From Malacoraja senta (taxonomy: Eukaryota), in assembly GCA_038087875.1 (NCBI GenBank), contig CM075977.1, forward strand, positions 135,904,001 to 135,968,000: a stretch of DNA of 64,000 bases, given 5' to 3'. Within the stretch, counting starts at the first letter, position 1, and every line of letters begins with the position of its first letter. Below are positions 26,405-38,289 of the stretch, piece after piece. Below the pieces are notes generated by a model, which saw only the letters and a list, made by a program, of their open reading frames with translations, searched no databases and was not told the origin of the DNA. Position numbers and translations under genes: made by a program.

Positions 26405-27220
26405 CAGGCACTCCCTGACCAACGTAAGTCAGATTTTATGTAAGTTGGAATCACCATCCCTCGAAATAATTAACGAAGAACATTAACTGTCTCAGGAGTG
26501 TCCGCTGCATCCAGGGAACATTCTGTGATGCGCGGCCTTCTGGGTAAGCACCGCCGCCATTGCTGGCTTGTTTCCGATGTAAACTTGAGTGATTGTACAG
26601 TGTTGTTGAAATTACAAACTGCCTTGATTGCTCTAGGACAGGGGTTAGCAATCTACGGCCCACGGGTCGAATCCGGCCCGTAAGCCGAAATTATCCGGCA
26701 AACAGGCGTTTTGCTTTTCAATCCGTTTTCGCGACCTGGGAACTGCAGCCAGTCCCGGGGACGCAGGCAATCTGGTAACTGCTGCCAGTCCCGGGACATG
26801 CAGGCGACCTGGGCGCTAAAGCCAGTCCCGGGGCAGGCGAGCCGACTTGGGCGCTACAGTCAGGCCCGGGGCAAGCGTGCTGACCTGGGTACTACAGCCA
26901 GTCCCTGGGCAGGCGAGCTGACCTGGGTACTACAGCCAGTCCCGGGGCAGGCAAGCCGATCTGGGAACCAGCCAGTTCCCAGGCACACGAGGGACTTGGG
27001 AACTACAGAAAACTAATTGAAAAACACGTGAAAACTAATGCGAAAAACAACACCAAGGGTCACACTATGGCGATAGATGTGGCCCGCCGTCCACTCACAG
27101 ACATGGGTCCTGGCCCCTATGTAGAACAAGGTTGCCGACCCCTGCTCTAGGGATTGAGTACAGAATTGTTTATGCAAGTGCGAGTTTATGTAAGTCACCT
27201 TTTAAGTCGGGGAGTATCTG
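26405..27220. mobile_element. Tigger/pogo-like MITE, interrupted by a hAT element
   Basis: TA|CAGGCACTCCCTGAC ... GTCGGGGAGTATCTG|TA imperfect TIRs with TA TSD. Confidence 0.6.
26639..27144. mobile_element. hAT-Charlie-like non-autonomous element with an internal minisatellite
   Basis: TIRs CAGGGGTTAGCAA / TTGCCGACCCCTG; 8-bp TSD CTCTAGGA/CTCTAGGG; about 8 copies of a 36-38 bp unit at 26731-27007. Confidence 0.8.
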
Positions 27221-28189
27221 TATATGGGAAAGGGAGTGAGAAGGAAACCAATTTGGTCTTGGGGCTTTTTGAACTTTGACTACTTATGTGACTGGTTTTG
27301 TAGATTTTTATGACCAGGTCTAGTGTGGCTATCCCTATGCATTTTGTGTGGGAACAATAACTTCTGACAACTGTAGATGGACACTTAAATGGTAACATGC
27401 AGACGATCATGGCAGATGACCTGCTATTCTAGAAGATATGCAAAAGCAGTATCTTTCCCACCATTTACAGTGCAAAATCTTAAGTGTGTACATGAGTGTG
27501 TACACTGGTGTTACAAAAATACATGATGCAAATGGACATTACAAAAGTTATTGCAAAAAAAACGAAATGCTGAAGGAACTGGGTGGGTCAGACAGCATCT
27601 CTGGAGGGAAATGGACATATGATATTTTGCGTTGGGACCCTTCTTTATACTCGAAGGTCTGCCCCAAAAAGTTGTCTATTTCCCTCCACACTGATTTCCC
27701 TAACCCACTGATTCCGCCAGCAATTTGTTTTGTTTTGCTCAAGATTCCAACATCTGTGAGTTCTTGTCTCCATTATAAGACAGGAACTGTTTAAGGAATG
27801 CTGCTTGGAGTGCAATTTGTATTATATTCTACACATGAATTCTGTTGGATCCACATGGCTTGAAAAACAGAGAAATGTATTCTGTTCTTTTTTTTTTTTA
27901 AAAGACAGAGCTGGAGTAACTCAGCCGGTCAGCCAACATCTCTGGAAAATGTGAATAGTTGACATTTTGGGTCAGGCCCCTTCTTCAGACTGATTTGTTC
28001 TGAGTATGTTATTTCAATCAAACTTTACTAGCTATTTCAACATCATGTTTCTGAGACCTTGCTGCTTGAAAAAAGGTGCCACAGTTGTGTCACTTCAGGA
28101 AAGTTATTTTCATTGCTGTTGAAATGGAAAGGTTTCTGCTTGTACCATGAGCATGTAGTAACAGTATTTTGGTGGCCAGGTCATCTTAA

Positions 28190-29231
28190 ATTAGCAATGT
28201 TACAAAATTTTGAGATTTTAAAAATAAAGCCTACAATTTATCCCATCAGATAAAGCATAAAAAGAAGTTTAATTTGACACCTAATTCACTTTCATATCTT
28301 CAGTATTAAAGAAGTTATGGCCGTTTTCATACACGGAAATTAGCATCTTGTTCCCTATTGCTTTTCCATTGACTTAACACAAAAGCTGTGATCGAGGACA
28401 GTTAAAAGCCCATAATTTTCTTAAAAATTAAGATAACTGAAAGAAATTTTCAGTTATTATAGATTGAAGCATTCTGAAACAAATATGAAACAATCTTACT
28501 TAGAAGACATGAAAGTAAAGCATATAATTAGTTAGTTACCTAATTGTAGCTAATTATAAAATTCAATTACTAGATCTAAACATCTATCAATTTCTTAAGA
28601 ATAGATTAATATTTTTAAATAGCCTAAGTGTCCAAATAACATTCACACAATAATTCACAATATAACATAATTTTTAAATCTGATTTTCATGAATTTACAG
28701 GCCAAATGGAAGGAATTGAATGTTTAATACCTGTAAATTAATGGGCATTTAAATCATCTTGCGAGTGAGGATTTCTGGAACGCGATCTTTTGGAACGTTC
28801 ATTGGCGGTGAATTTAACCCCGTATTGGCATGAAAAATACTGCCGTTAGTTCGGGGAATAAAATCACCGTTTCGCATGAAAAAATGTGAATTAGAGGTTT
28901 CTTAAGAAGCACTTTTATACATTTAAAGAAACCACTTTAGTTTACCTGTCCCGTGTGTGAAATCCATCCCCGTTATCGGCGTTGACGCTTCAGGAGCTGC
29001 TTTTAAAATTACTCCAGCGCTGACATTGACGATTTAATAAAAATAAAAAATTCACAAAACGCCCCTAGGAACGATTTTTCAGCAAACGCTTGTACTCCAA
29101 CGAAATATAATTCAGGACAAGGTAGGAGAAACCCGCGTTTTAACCCCGCCCCCCTTAAAGGCGCCAAATCGCGCACACGGCCAGTGGCAGAATTGCAGCG
29201 CGACTGAAGGTAAGTTTTGTAACATACCTAC
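28190..29231. mobile_element. Putative non-autonomous DNA transposon
   Basis: Imperfect inverted ends sharing ATGTTACAAAA, with TTAA at both outer edges; no ORF; family unclear. Confidence 0.4.
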
Positions 29232-31314
29232 TTAAATCCAGGCTGCTGTGTGAAATTGTTGCTTGTGTAAATCTGTTTTTGATACAGATTGACTGACCTG
29301 ACCATCTGCAGCTGAGAGGGATCCTACAGATAAAATGAACTCTGCTTCGAGCTATCAAAGATTCCACATTTTCCCCTCCCCCACCCTTGTAGACGCCGCA
29401 TTTGGTAGCTCATGAGTTGGAACTGCTCTTAAATGCCTCTAATGCTCAGAGACTACTATTCAATAGATTTAAAAATTATAAAAGTAGTGGGAAAACTGTT
29501 TAATTCAATGAATAATTGGTATTAAGGTTGAGGTTTATTGTCGTGTACTGTTTTGCATGCTATCCAATGAGATCAGGCATACAATACATAAATATAATCA
29601 CGTTAAGCTCAACACCATAGATGAAGTGCAAGATAAAGTGCAGAATGTAGTTCTCAGCATCAGTTCAAGAGGCATTTGATAACAATCAAATTGTTTGATT
29701 AATGCCAAATAAACAATTTAACATCATTTGGATTTTGTCTGAGACTGTTCTCCTGCTGGCCAACTCTGCTATTAAGTTGCAGGTATTGAATAAATATTAA
29801 TTTAAGAAATAAGTATATCCTGCTATCATGTACCAACTATAATGAATGCAGTAATGGATCAAGGGTATAAAATTCCTATAGTCTGACGCAGTTCAGCACA
29901 GACTTCCACAATTGACCGAAGAACAGTCTTGACCTGAAAAGTCACCCATTCCTTCCCTCCAGAGATGCTGCCTGTCCCGCTGAGTTACTCCAGCATTTTG
30001 TGTCTATCCACAATTGACCACGTGTGGAGATTAGAGACCTGCTGAACTAAAAGCGGCAGAGAGCCAGGATTCCCGATAGAACCACCCCACTGCAGGTCAG
30101 CTCGGTCTGAGCCATTATATCTTTCCAGGTGGCCACCCTTCTGCATGTTCTCTAGCTCTGTTTTGCAATTTGTTACTTTTGATTATTTTCTCAATTTCTA
30201 AATGCCCTTGGTTCACAACTTTTTTGTTCTTTTCTTCAGATTCTTTCTTTCACCACACCGATTTGCTTGGATGACTAATTTATAATTCATCCCCATTGTA
30301 AACCTGGTATAACCTTGTCTCATCCATCCCTGCCCCACCCTCTTTGTAACTTTGTTTTCTCTTTCCAAATATGATTAAGGGTTTTTGACTTGAAATGTTA
30401 CCTGGTACAGATGCTGCCTAATGTGAGAATTTCCACAATTTTGTTCTTGTTTGCATTCAGAGCGTGAATGAATATTGGTAATTATTCAATTTCCTATTGT
30501 TTCTCATTTTAACATGTGCTTTTAGTTTAAAAATGTACTCATTCCTTTAAAAACATTACAACATGAGCAATGGAATGCAAGCAATGTTGTAGCCTAATTA
30601 CACAGTCTCTGAGAGTCAGTTCATAAGAAGTTGTGCAAAGGACATCAGGGGAATGTTCAAGTGTCTTGTGTTTTATGTTCTACTTTTTTTAGATGTGATG
30701 ATGAAAAATCAATTATTGCTTTACTGTCCATATATGGGTTTCTAGCTTTGCCTAACTTAAATGTAAATATGAGCTGATCTAGGTAATATCCAGTGTTGCA
30801 AGGACAATTTGAGATTGAAGTGGTGGTGTGGGGGTTCTTGAAGGTGGATAAATCCCCAGGGCCTGCTGCGATCCACCCCAGGTTATTGAGAGTGGTATGT
30901 TACCGAAACAGGGAGCCTTGATGAAGATCTTTGTCTCTTTAACCACACACGAGTTACTAAAGAACTGGAGTGCAGCTAATGTTGTTCCTTTAAGAAGGGG
31001 AAAGAATCCAGGGATTTATAGGCCAGAGAACCTCTCTTCAATGACATGGAAGTTTTTTTTAAAGAGTTTTCGAGATAGGAGTTACTCCCATTTGGAAGAG
31101 AATGGGTTAATTAGGGACAGTCAGCATGGCTTTATATGTGGCAGGTTGTGTCTTACTAACTTGAATGAGGTTTTTGAGAAGGTGATTAATGCGGGTAGGG
31201 TGGTGGATGTTGTCAACATGGATATTGGTATGGCATTTGATAAAGTCCCCCCTGTAAACTGATCCAGCAGATTGCACAGTCGTATGGATTGAGAACTGAC
31301 TTACTCATGGAAAA

Positions 31315-32100
31315 ATCGAAAGTAGACAAAATTGCTGGAGAAACTCAGCGGGTGAGGAAGCATCTATGGAGCGAAGGAATAGGTGACGTTTCGGGTCGAG
31401 ACCCTTCTTCAGACTGATGTGGGGGGGGGGGGCGAGAAGAAAGGAAGAGGTGGAGACAGTGGGCTTGTGGGAGAGCTGGGGAGGGGAAGGAGGGAGACAG
31501 CAAGGATTACCTGAAATTGGAGAAGTCAATGTTCATACCGCTGGGGTGTAAACTACCCAAGCGAAATATGAGGTGCTGCTCCTCCAATTTGCGGTGGGAC
31601 TCTGGCCATGGAGGAGGCCCAGGACAGAAAGGTCGGATTCGGAATGGGGGGGGGGAGTTGAAGTGCTGAGTCACCGGGAGATCAGGTTGGTTAATGCGAA
31701 CTGTGCAGTGTTGGGCGAAACGATCGCCAAGCCTACACTTGGTCTCACCGATGTAGAGCAGTTGACACCTAGAACAGCGGAAGCAATAGATGAGGTTGGA
31801 GGAGGTGCAGGTGAACCTCTGCCTCTTCTGGAAAGACTGCTTGGGTCCTTGGATCGAGTCAAGGGGGAGGTAAAGCGACAAGTGTAGCATTTCCTGCGGT
31901 TGGAAAGGAAAGTACCAGGGGAGGGGGTGGTTTGGGTGGGAAGGGACGAATTGACCAAGGAGTTACGGAGGGACGGCACTTCACCACCAGATGTTTGAGG
32001 TGTGAAGAACAGGAGTAGTTTTCCCCTCTGCGAAAAGCCGAAAGGGGAGGAGATGGGAACATGTGGCCAGTGGTGGGATCCCGTTGGAGGTGGCGAACGA
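31315..32100 (-). mobile_element. Penelope-like element 3' part (GIY-YIG and terminal repeat)
   Basis: FTCTSSNLIYCFRCSRCQLLYIGETKCRLGDRFAQH...LEEQHLIFRLGSLHPSGMN. Confidence 0.9.
31385..31412 (-). ncRNA. Minimal type-I hammerhead-ribozyme motif (best-preserved copy)
   Basis: Minus strand CTGAAGA-A-GGGT(CTCG)ACCC-GAAAC-GTC; stem III is the loopless palindrome ACGT. Confidence 0.65.
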
Positions 32101-32739
32101 AAGAGTGTTATGATGGATGGACAATATTCAGGCTGGAGGTCTGTGACCAGCGGAGTTCTGCAGGGATCTGTGCTGGGATCTCAGTTTGTGGTGCATGTCA
32201 ATGGCTTTGTAAGTTTGCAGATTGCTGGCATCATTGACTGTAAGGACTTCTGGGATATAGATCAGATATAGAAATGGCCTGAGAAATAGCAGATGGAGTT
32301 TAATCTGAGCAAGTGTGTGGTGGTACACTTTAGGAGGAACATGCACATTTAATGGCAAGACCATTAATAGCATTTACATACAGAGGGATCTTGGGGTCCA
32401 AATCCATAACTCCCTGAAAGTGGGAACACTGGTAGTAAAGAAGGCATATTATATGCTTACTTTATTTGGTTAGAGCATTGAATTTAAGTCAGGAAATCAT
32501 GATGCAGCTATACAGGACTTTGGTTAAGCCATATTTGGTGCATTGCATGTAGTTCTGGTTGCCCCATTACAGGAAGATAATGGAGGCTTTTGAAAGGGTA
32601 TAGAGAAGGCTTGATTCTGAAGAAAGGTCTCGACCCAAAAGGTCATCTATTCCTTTTCTCTGGAGATGCTGTCTGACCCATGGAGTTTCTCCAGCTTTTT
32701 GTGTCTATCTTCAGTTTAAACCAGCATCTGACATTTTGC

Positions 32740-35700
32740 CAGCGGCACAACAGAAAATCTTCAAATATAGTATTTCTGAGCTCACCTGTATCAAAGAATC
32801 TGCAGAAATCAACGATGTAAGTAGCGAGCTGCTAACGCATTTAAATGCATTAGCGCTATTGCGAACTTCCGAAGATGGCGACTGTAAGGGAATCGGAAGA
32901 GAATCCCTGACCTCGCGGAGGCGCGCAGGTACAGTAAGTACTGTACCTGTAAACACCAGGGAGGCCTTCATGGAGCGGAATCAAGGCCGTCGGGCAGGAT
33001 CTCCCAGCAGCAATGGAGCTGGAGGTGCCGACTGTAAGGGAATCCCCGATCTCAGGAGAGACTAGCAAGTTCTGTACCTTTAAACACCGAGGAGGGCTTC
33101 ATGGAGTATGGAAACGTGGTCATCGGGCAGGACTACAAGTAAGACTGAGCGTAGGGGACTTCAGCCCCCTCTCCCTACCATCCTACTGGCCAACGTGCAG
33201 TCACTAGAAAACAAAGTGGAGGACTTAAGAGCATGGCTGCTTTACCAAAGGGAGCTGAGGGAATGCTCTGTGTTCTGTTTCACAGAGACATGGCTCACCC
33301 CCAGCTCCCCAGACTCAGCGGTCCAGCCTGAAGGGGTCTCCATCCACCGTATGGACCATACGCAGGTATCTGGGAATGGGAGAGGAGGGGGCATCTGCCT
33401 CATGGTCGACTTCATGGTGCTCAGACATGGCAGTCCTATCCAACTCCTGCTCTCCACACCTCGAACATCTGGTGGGGAAGTGCCGTCCCTTCTACCTACC
33501 GAGGGAATTCACCTCCATCATCCTGACCGCGGTCTACATCCCACCCCAGGCAGACGTCCGTCTGGCACTGGAGGAGCTGCACGCTGTGGTCAACAAGCAC
33601 CAGAAGACTTACCCCGAGGCATTTACCACCGTAGCCAGGGACTTCAACAAAGCCAACCTGAAGAAATCGCTCTATAACCTCCACCAACATGTCTCCTGCA
33701 GCACCAGAGGATCAAACACCCTTGACCACTGCTACACGACCATCAAAGACGCCTATCGCTCTATCCCTCACCCTCACGAGAAAATCCAACCATTCAGCGG
33801 TGCTGCTTCTTCCTGCGTACAGGCAGCAACTGACAAAAGCACCCCCAGAGGTGAGGACTGTACAGAGCTGGGTGGGGGCAGAGGAACAACTCCAGGACTG
33901 CTTGGAGTCTGAAGACTGGGCAATGTTTAGGGACTTGAATGAATATACGCCACAGTCGTTACAGACTTCATAAGGAAATGTGTGGAGGACTGCGTTCCAA
34001 CAAAAACCTTCCGAGCGTTTTCTAACCAGAAGCCTTGGATGAACCATGAGATCCGCATTCTTTTGAAGACCAGATCCCGGGCATTCAGGTCTGGCGATGC
34101 AGAGGTCTATAAGAAGTCCAGATACGACCTTGGTAAGGCCATCAAAAAGGCCAAAAGGGACTTCTGCTCCAAGCTGGAGGATGAGACGGATATTCGGCAA
34201 CTGTGGCAGGGCTTGAATGCCATCACCTCCTACAAGGTGAAATCAGGAGGCGGCTCAAACGCAGCGAAGCATCACTCCCTGACGAGCTCAATACGTTCTA
34301 CGCATGGTTCGATAGGGAGAACACTGACTGATGTGCCTTCCCGAGCCCCTATTTGCCCTGACGGTGTTACAGTCATAATCATAGAGGCCGACGTCAGAAG
34401 ATCCTTCAGTGGGGTGAACCCTCGTAAAGCACCTGGACCTGATGGTATACCCGATTGAGTTCTCAAGACCTGTGCAGACCAACTGGCTGGAGTTTTTGCA
34501 GACATTTTCAACCTCTCACTTCTGAGGTCTGAGGTTCCCACCTGCTTTAAGAGGGCATCAATAATACCGGTGCCCAAGAAGAGTAAGGTGACGTGCCTCA
34601 ATGACTATGGACCAGTGGCATTAACGTCTGTGGTGCTTTGAGAGGATGGTTATGGTGCACATCAACTCCTACCTCGACAAGAACCTCGAGCAACTACAGT
34701 TCGCATACCGCCACAACAGGTCAACGGTAGATGCAATTTCACTGGCTATCCACTCCGCACTGGACCACCTGGACAATAAAAACACCCATGTCAGGCTGTT
34801 GTTTATAGGCCACAGCTCGGTGTTTAATACCATCATCCCTTCCAAGCTGGTTACCAATCTCTCGGAACTGGGGCTCGGCGCATCCCTCTGCAATTGGATC
34901 CTCGACTATCTCATCCAAAGACCACAGTCTGTTCGAATTGGAGGAACCACTTCATCCTCAATAACAATTAGTACGGGAGCACCTCAAGACTGCGTGCTCA
35001 GCCCCCTGCTTTACTCACTCTATACCCATGACTGCGTTGCCGGTCATAGTGCGAACTCCATCATCAAGTTCGCCGATGACACCACTGCGGTTGGACGAAT
35101 CACAGATGGGGACGAGTCAGAGTTTCGAAGTGAGATCGACCGACTGACCAAATGGTGCCAGCACAACAACCTGGCTCTCAACATCAGTAAGACCAAGGAA
35201 CTGATTGTGGACTTTAGTTGGGGAAGGATGAGGACCCACAATCCTGTTTATATCAACGAGACTATGGTGGAGAGGGTCAGTAACTTCAAATTCCTGGGCG
35301 TGCATATATCAGAAGATCTTTCCTGGACCCAGCACACCGATGCAATTGTAAAGAAGGTACATCAGCGACTCTACTTCCTGAGAAGATTACGGAGATTCGG
35401 CACATCGAAGAGGATTCTCCTAAACTTCTACAGGTGCATGGTAGAGAGCATTCTGACTGGTTGCATCGTGGCCTGGTTCGGCAACTTGAACGTCCAGGAG
35501 CGAAAAAGACCACAAAAAGTTGTGACCACTGCCCAGTCCATCACCGGCTTTGACCTCCCCACCGTCAAAGGGATCTATTGTAGTCGCTGCCTTAAATAGG
35601 CAGCCAAAATCATCAAGGACCCACACCATCCTGGCTACACACTCATCTCACCATTGCCACCAGGAAGAACGTACAGGAGCCTGAAAACTGTAACGTCCAG

Positions 35701-35930
35701 GTTCATGAACAGCTGCTTCCCCACAGCCATCAGGCTATTAAACACAACAAATACGCTATGAGCTCTGAACTGCAAAAGACTATTATTTGTTATTTGCACT
35801 ATATTTGTTATTTATTGAACTTTTTCTTTTCCCGTTATATACAATGTTTACATATTCACATATTCTGTTGTGCTGCAGCAAGAATTGCATTGTCCCGTCC
35901 GGGATATATGACAATAAAACACTCTTGACA
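32740..35930 (+). mobile_element. Near full-length Rex1/Babar non-LTR retrotransposon, inactivated
   Basis: APE-like (LANVQSL..K, FCFTETWL, AVYIPP, DFN, LDHCY) then RT ([30 protein letters not shown]), spread over several frames; ACAATAAAAC tail. Confidence 0.92.
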
Positions 35931-36628
35931 TCAATTCACATGTATCATTGTCATCTCCTGAAGTCAACTTTACCTCCATTACTGACTATTTTGGCTAATA
36001 AACATTGCTTTTCTTTTCAGATAGGAGATGAATGGCCTTTTTAACATTTTATTAATTGACATTTCTATCTTCCAGCTCATCTTGCATCATTCTTTCCCTC
36101 CTTATTCCAGTCACCCTGTCTCTTGTTCAAAAATTTGCATTGCAATCCCCCCCTGCTTGGAATGCCGGCACCTGAAATGTTGGTTGGTCATAATAAGCTA
36201 CTTTATCTGACAAGTACAGTATTTTCTGTGTGATTAATGAGGTTTGGTTATCCAAGTTTATGGCAGAAATTTTAATCACGAAAGATAATACCAATGTAAA
36301 GCACTTTGGCCAACGAGAGTTGTTTTTTAAAGGTGCTAGATAAATGAAAGTGACTTGACTTGACTTGATAATCGTAACAATGGTGCTTTTTGGATGAAGC
36401 ATTTGTTTGGAATGATTGTTAATTAGACCTGCTAAACAGGCTTCAGGACTGGTTTAGCCAGAAGTAACAAATGGTTTTTAGGAGTGTTTGCTTGCTTTCA
36501 CACTCTATGTAGGATTTGCATTCCTTTCCAACTCCCACTACTTTCCCACATGTTTTCAAACACTCTGTGGGATTTGCATTGAGGAATAACTTTACATTGA
36601 AGACACAAGGAACTGCAGATGTGGGAAT

Positions 36629-37745
36629 CAAAGATCCTATAGCGAGCAAGATAGTCCACTCGACGAAAAAGACGTAGTACGGCCATGGGTAGATTCATGG
36701 GTAATTTTCGGCCCCATTTCCGTAACTGGCTTCCGTCTCCGCCCTCTTTGTCCGCTATAGCGGAGCAAAGATACTAGTGCGGAGACAGAAGCCGGTTACC
36801 GAAACATCCTCGTAAAAATCAAACATCTTTGGTAAAAATCTCATTTTCTTTCTGCCTCTCTGCCTCACAATAAAAAGCAAAACGATGCCTATGTTCCTTC
36901 CACAGCGTGTGGGAAGTCTGGCCCGGATCAGCATGGCTGGGACGCCAGGGTAAAGTTGCGGGGAGGTTTGCAACGTATTTTTATGTAATGTTGTCCCTTG
37001 TCTGGGCCTTGAGTCCGAAATAAAATTTATCATTATATATAAAAATCTGGAGAAATATATATGTGTGTCTTATATGATTATATACATCTATATCACATTC
37101 ATGTATGTGTGTTCTTTCCTACACAATCTAATCAGTTGTATGGTCGCTGAATAAAACCATCCTTGAGTTATACATCGTTTTTTAATCTAACTCAAAACAA
37201 ATTTTATTTTGTTAAATACTTCATTTAAATAAGCCCAGACTGATCTCATTCCACTCTCTGACTATTGGGAAGACCAGACCCATTTTATTGTTAAAAAACA
37301 ATTCCATAGACACAAAAAATCATTAAGGAACATTCCAAGAGTAGAGCAACTGGAATCTTCATATCGCTATTTTTCCAAATACCGCAGTTGTGAACAGTGT
37401 GATTACAGAGTGCAAATGTAATACAAAATCAACTCAAACACAGCACGAGCCATTTAAAAAGTAAAGCTTAAAAAACAAAACATTAAAAAGACAATTAACA
37501 GAATCATAATTTATTAACATATTAATGTTTAACAAAATTTAACAGAATTATGAATGAACAGAATTATGAATCTAACCCTATATCACACGCAAACTGTTCC
37601 CCCGCAACGCTGATTACACTGCGAGGGATATACAAAGTCAGGTCGGGTTACTGAAATGGACGAAGAAATGGCTTCAGTTGCGTACTGCACGTCAGCCCAT
37701 TGAATTTAGCAGGAGTGGACCATCTTGCTCGCTATAGGATCTTTG
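36629..37745. mobile_element. Non-autonomous TIR element, P-element-like
   Basis: 33-bp TIR CAAAGATCCTATAGCGAGCAAGAT(A/G)GTCCACTC with one mismatch; perfect 8-bp TSD GTGGGAAT. Confidence 0.85.
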
Positions 37746-38289
37746 GTGGGAATCTTGAGCAAAACACAAATTGCCAGAAAACCTCAGCAAGTCAGGCAAC
37801 ATCAGTGGAGGAAATGGTCAGACTAGGTTTTGGATTTGAAGACTAGTCTGTATCTCTCAAAGATGTTTCATAAAATCATAAGTGATAGGAGCAGAATTGG
37901 GCCAATCGGCCCATCAAGTCTACTCTGCCATTCAATCATGGCTGATCTATCTCTCCCTCCTAACCCCATTCTCCTGCCTTCTCTCCATAACCTCTGACAC
38001 CTGTACTAATCAAATACCAGATGTTTCCTGACTTGCTGAGTTTCTCCAGCACTTTGTGTTTTTTTGCTAAAGTTTACATTGAAGCCATACAAACTGTGTC
38101 ATGGGCATAATTACCCTGGTAATTATTAAAACTCGGTACCTGGATGTAGAGTTCCCACCCCGCCAATCCTCCATGATTGGCAAAACAAGCAGTATTCCTT
38201 TAAAAGTACAATTTAAAAAAACTTTCATTTGGGATGAAAATTGATCTTTGCTACTTTTGTTTGGGAAGTCACATGGCATCCAAAGTTTC

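Larger units (their letters stand above)
30830..32610 (+). mobile_element. CR1 LINE RT fragment split by a Penelope insertion
   Basis: WSAANVVPL...IRDSQHGF...AFDKVP, resuming at about 32100 with SGWRSVTSGVLQGSVLG. Confidence 0.8.

Noticed and set aside
26731-27007. 36-38 bp repeats resembling a CRISPR array
   Set aside because: Contiguous degenerate units with no unique spacers, inside a eukaryotic hAT element
34646-35599. 317-aa ORF as a host gene
   Set aside because: RT fragment of the frameshifted Rex1 element
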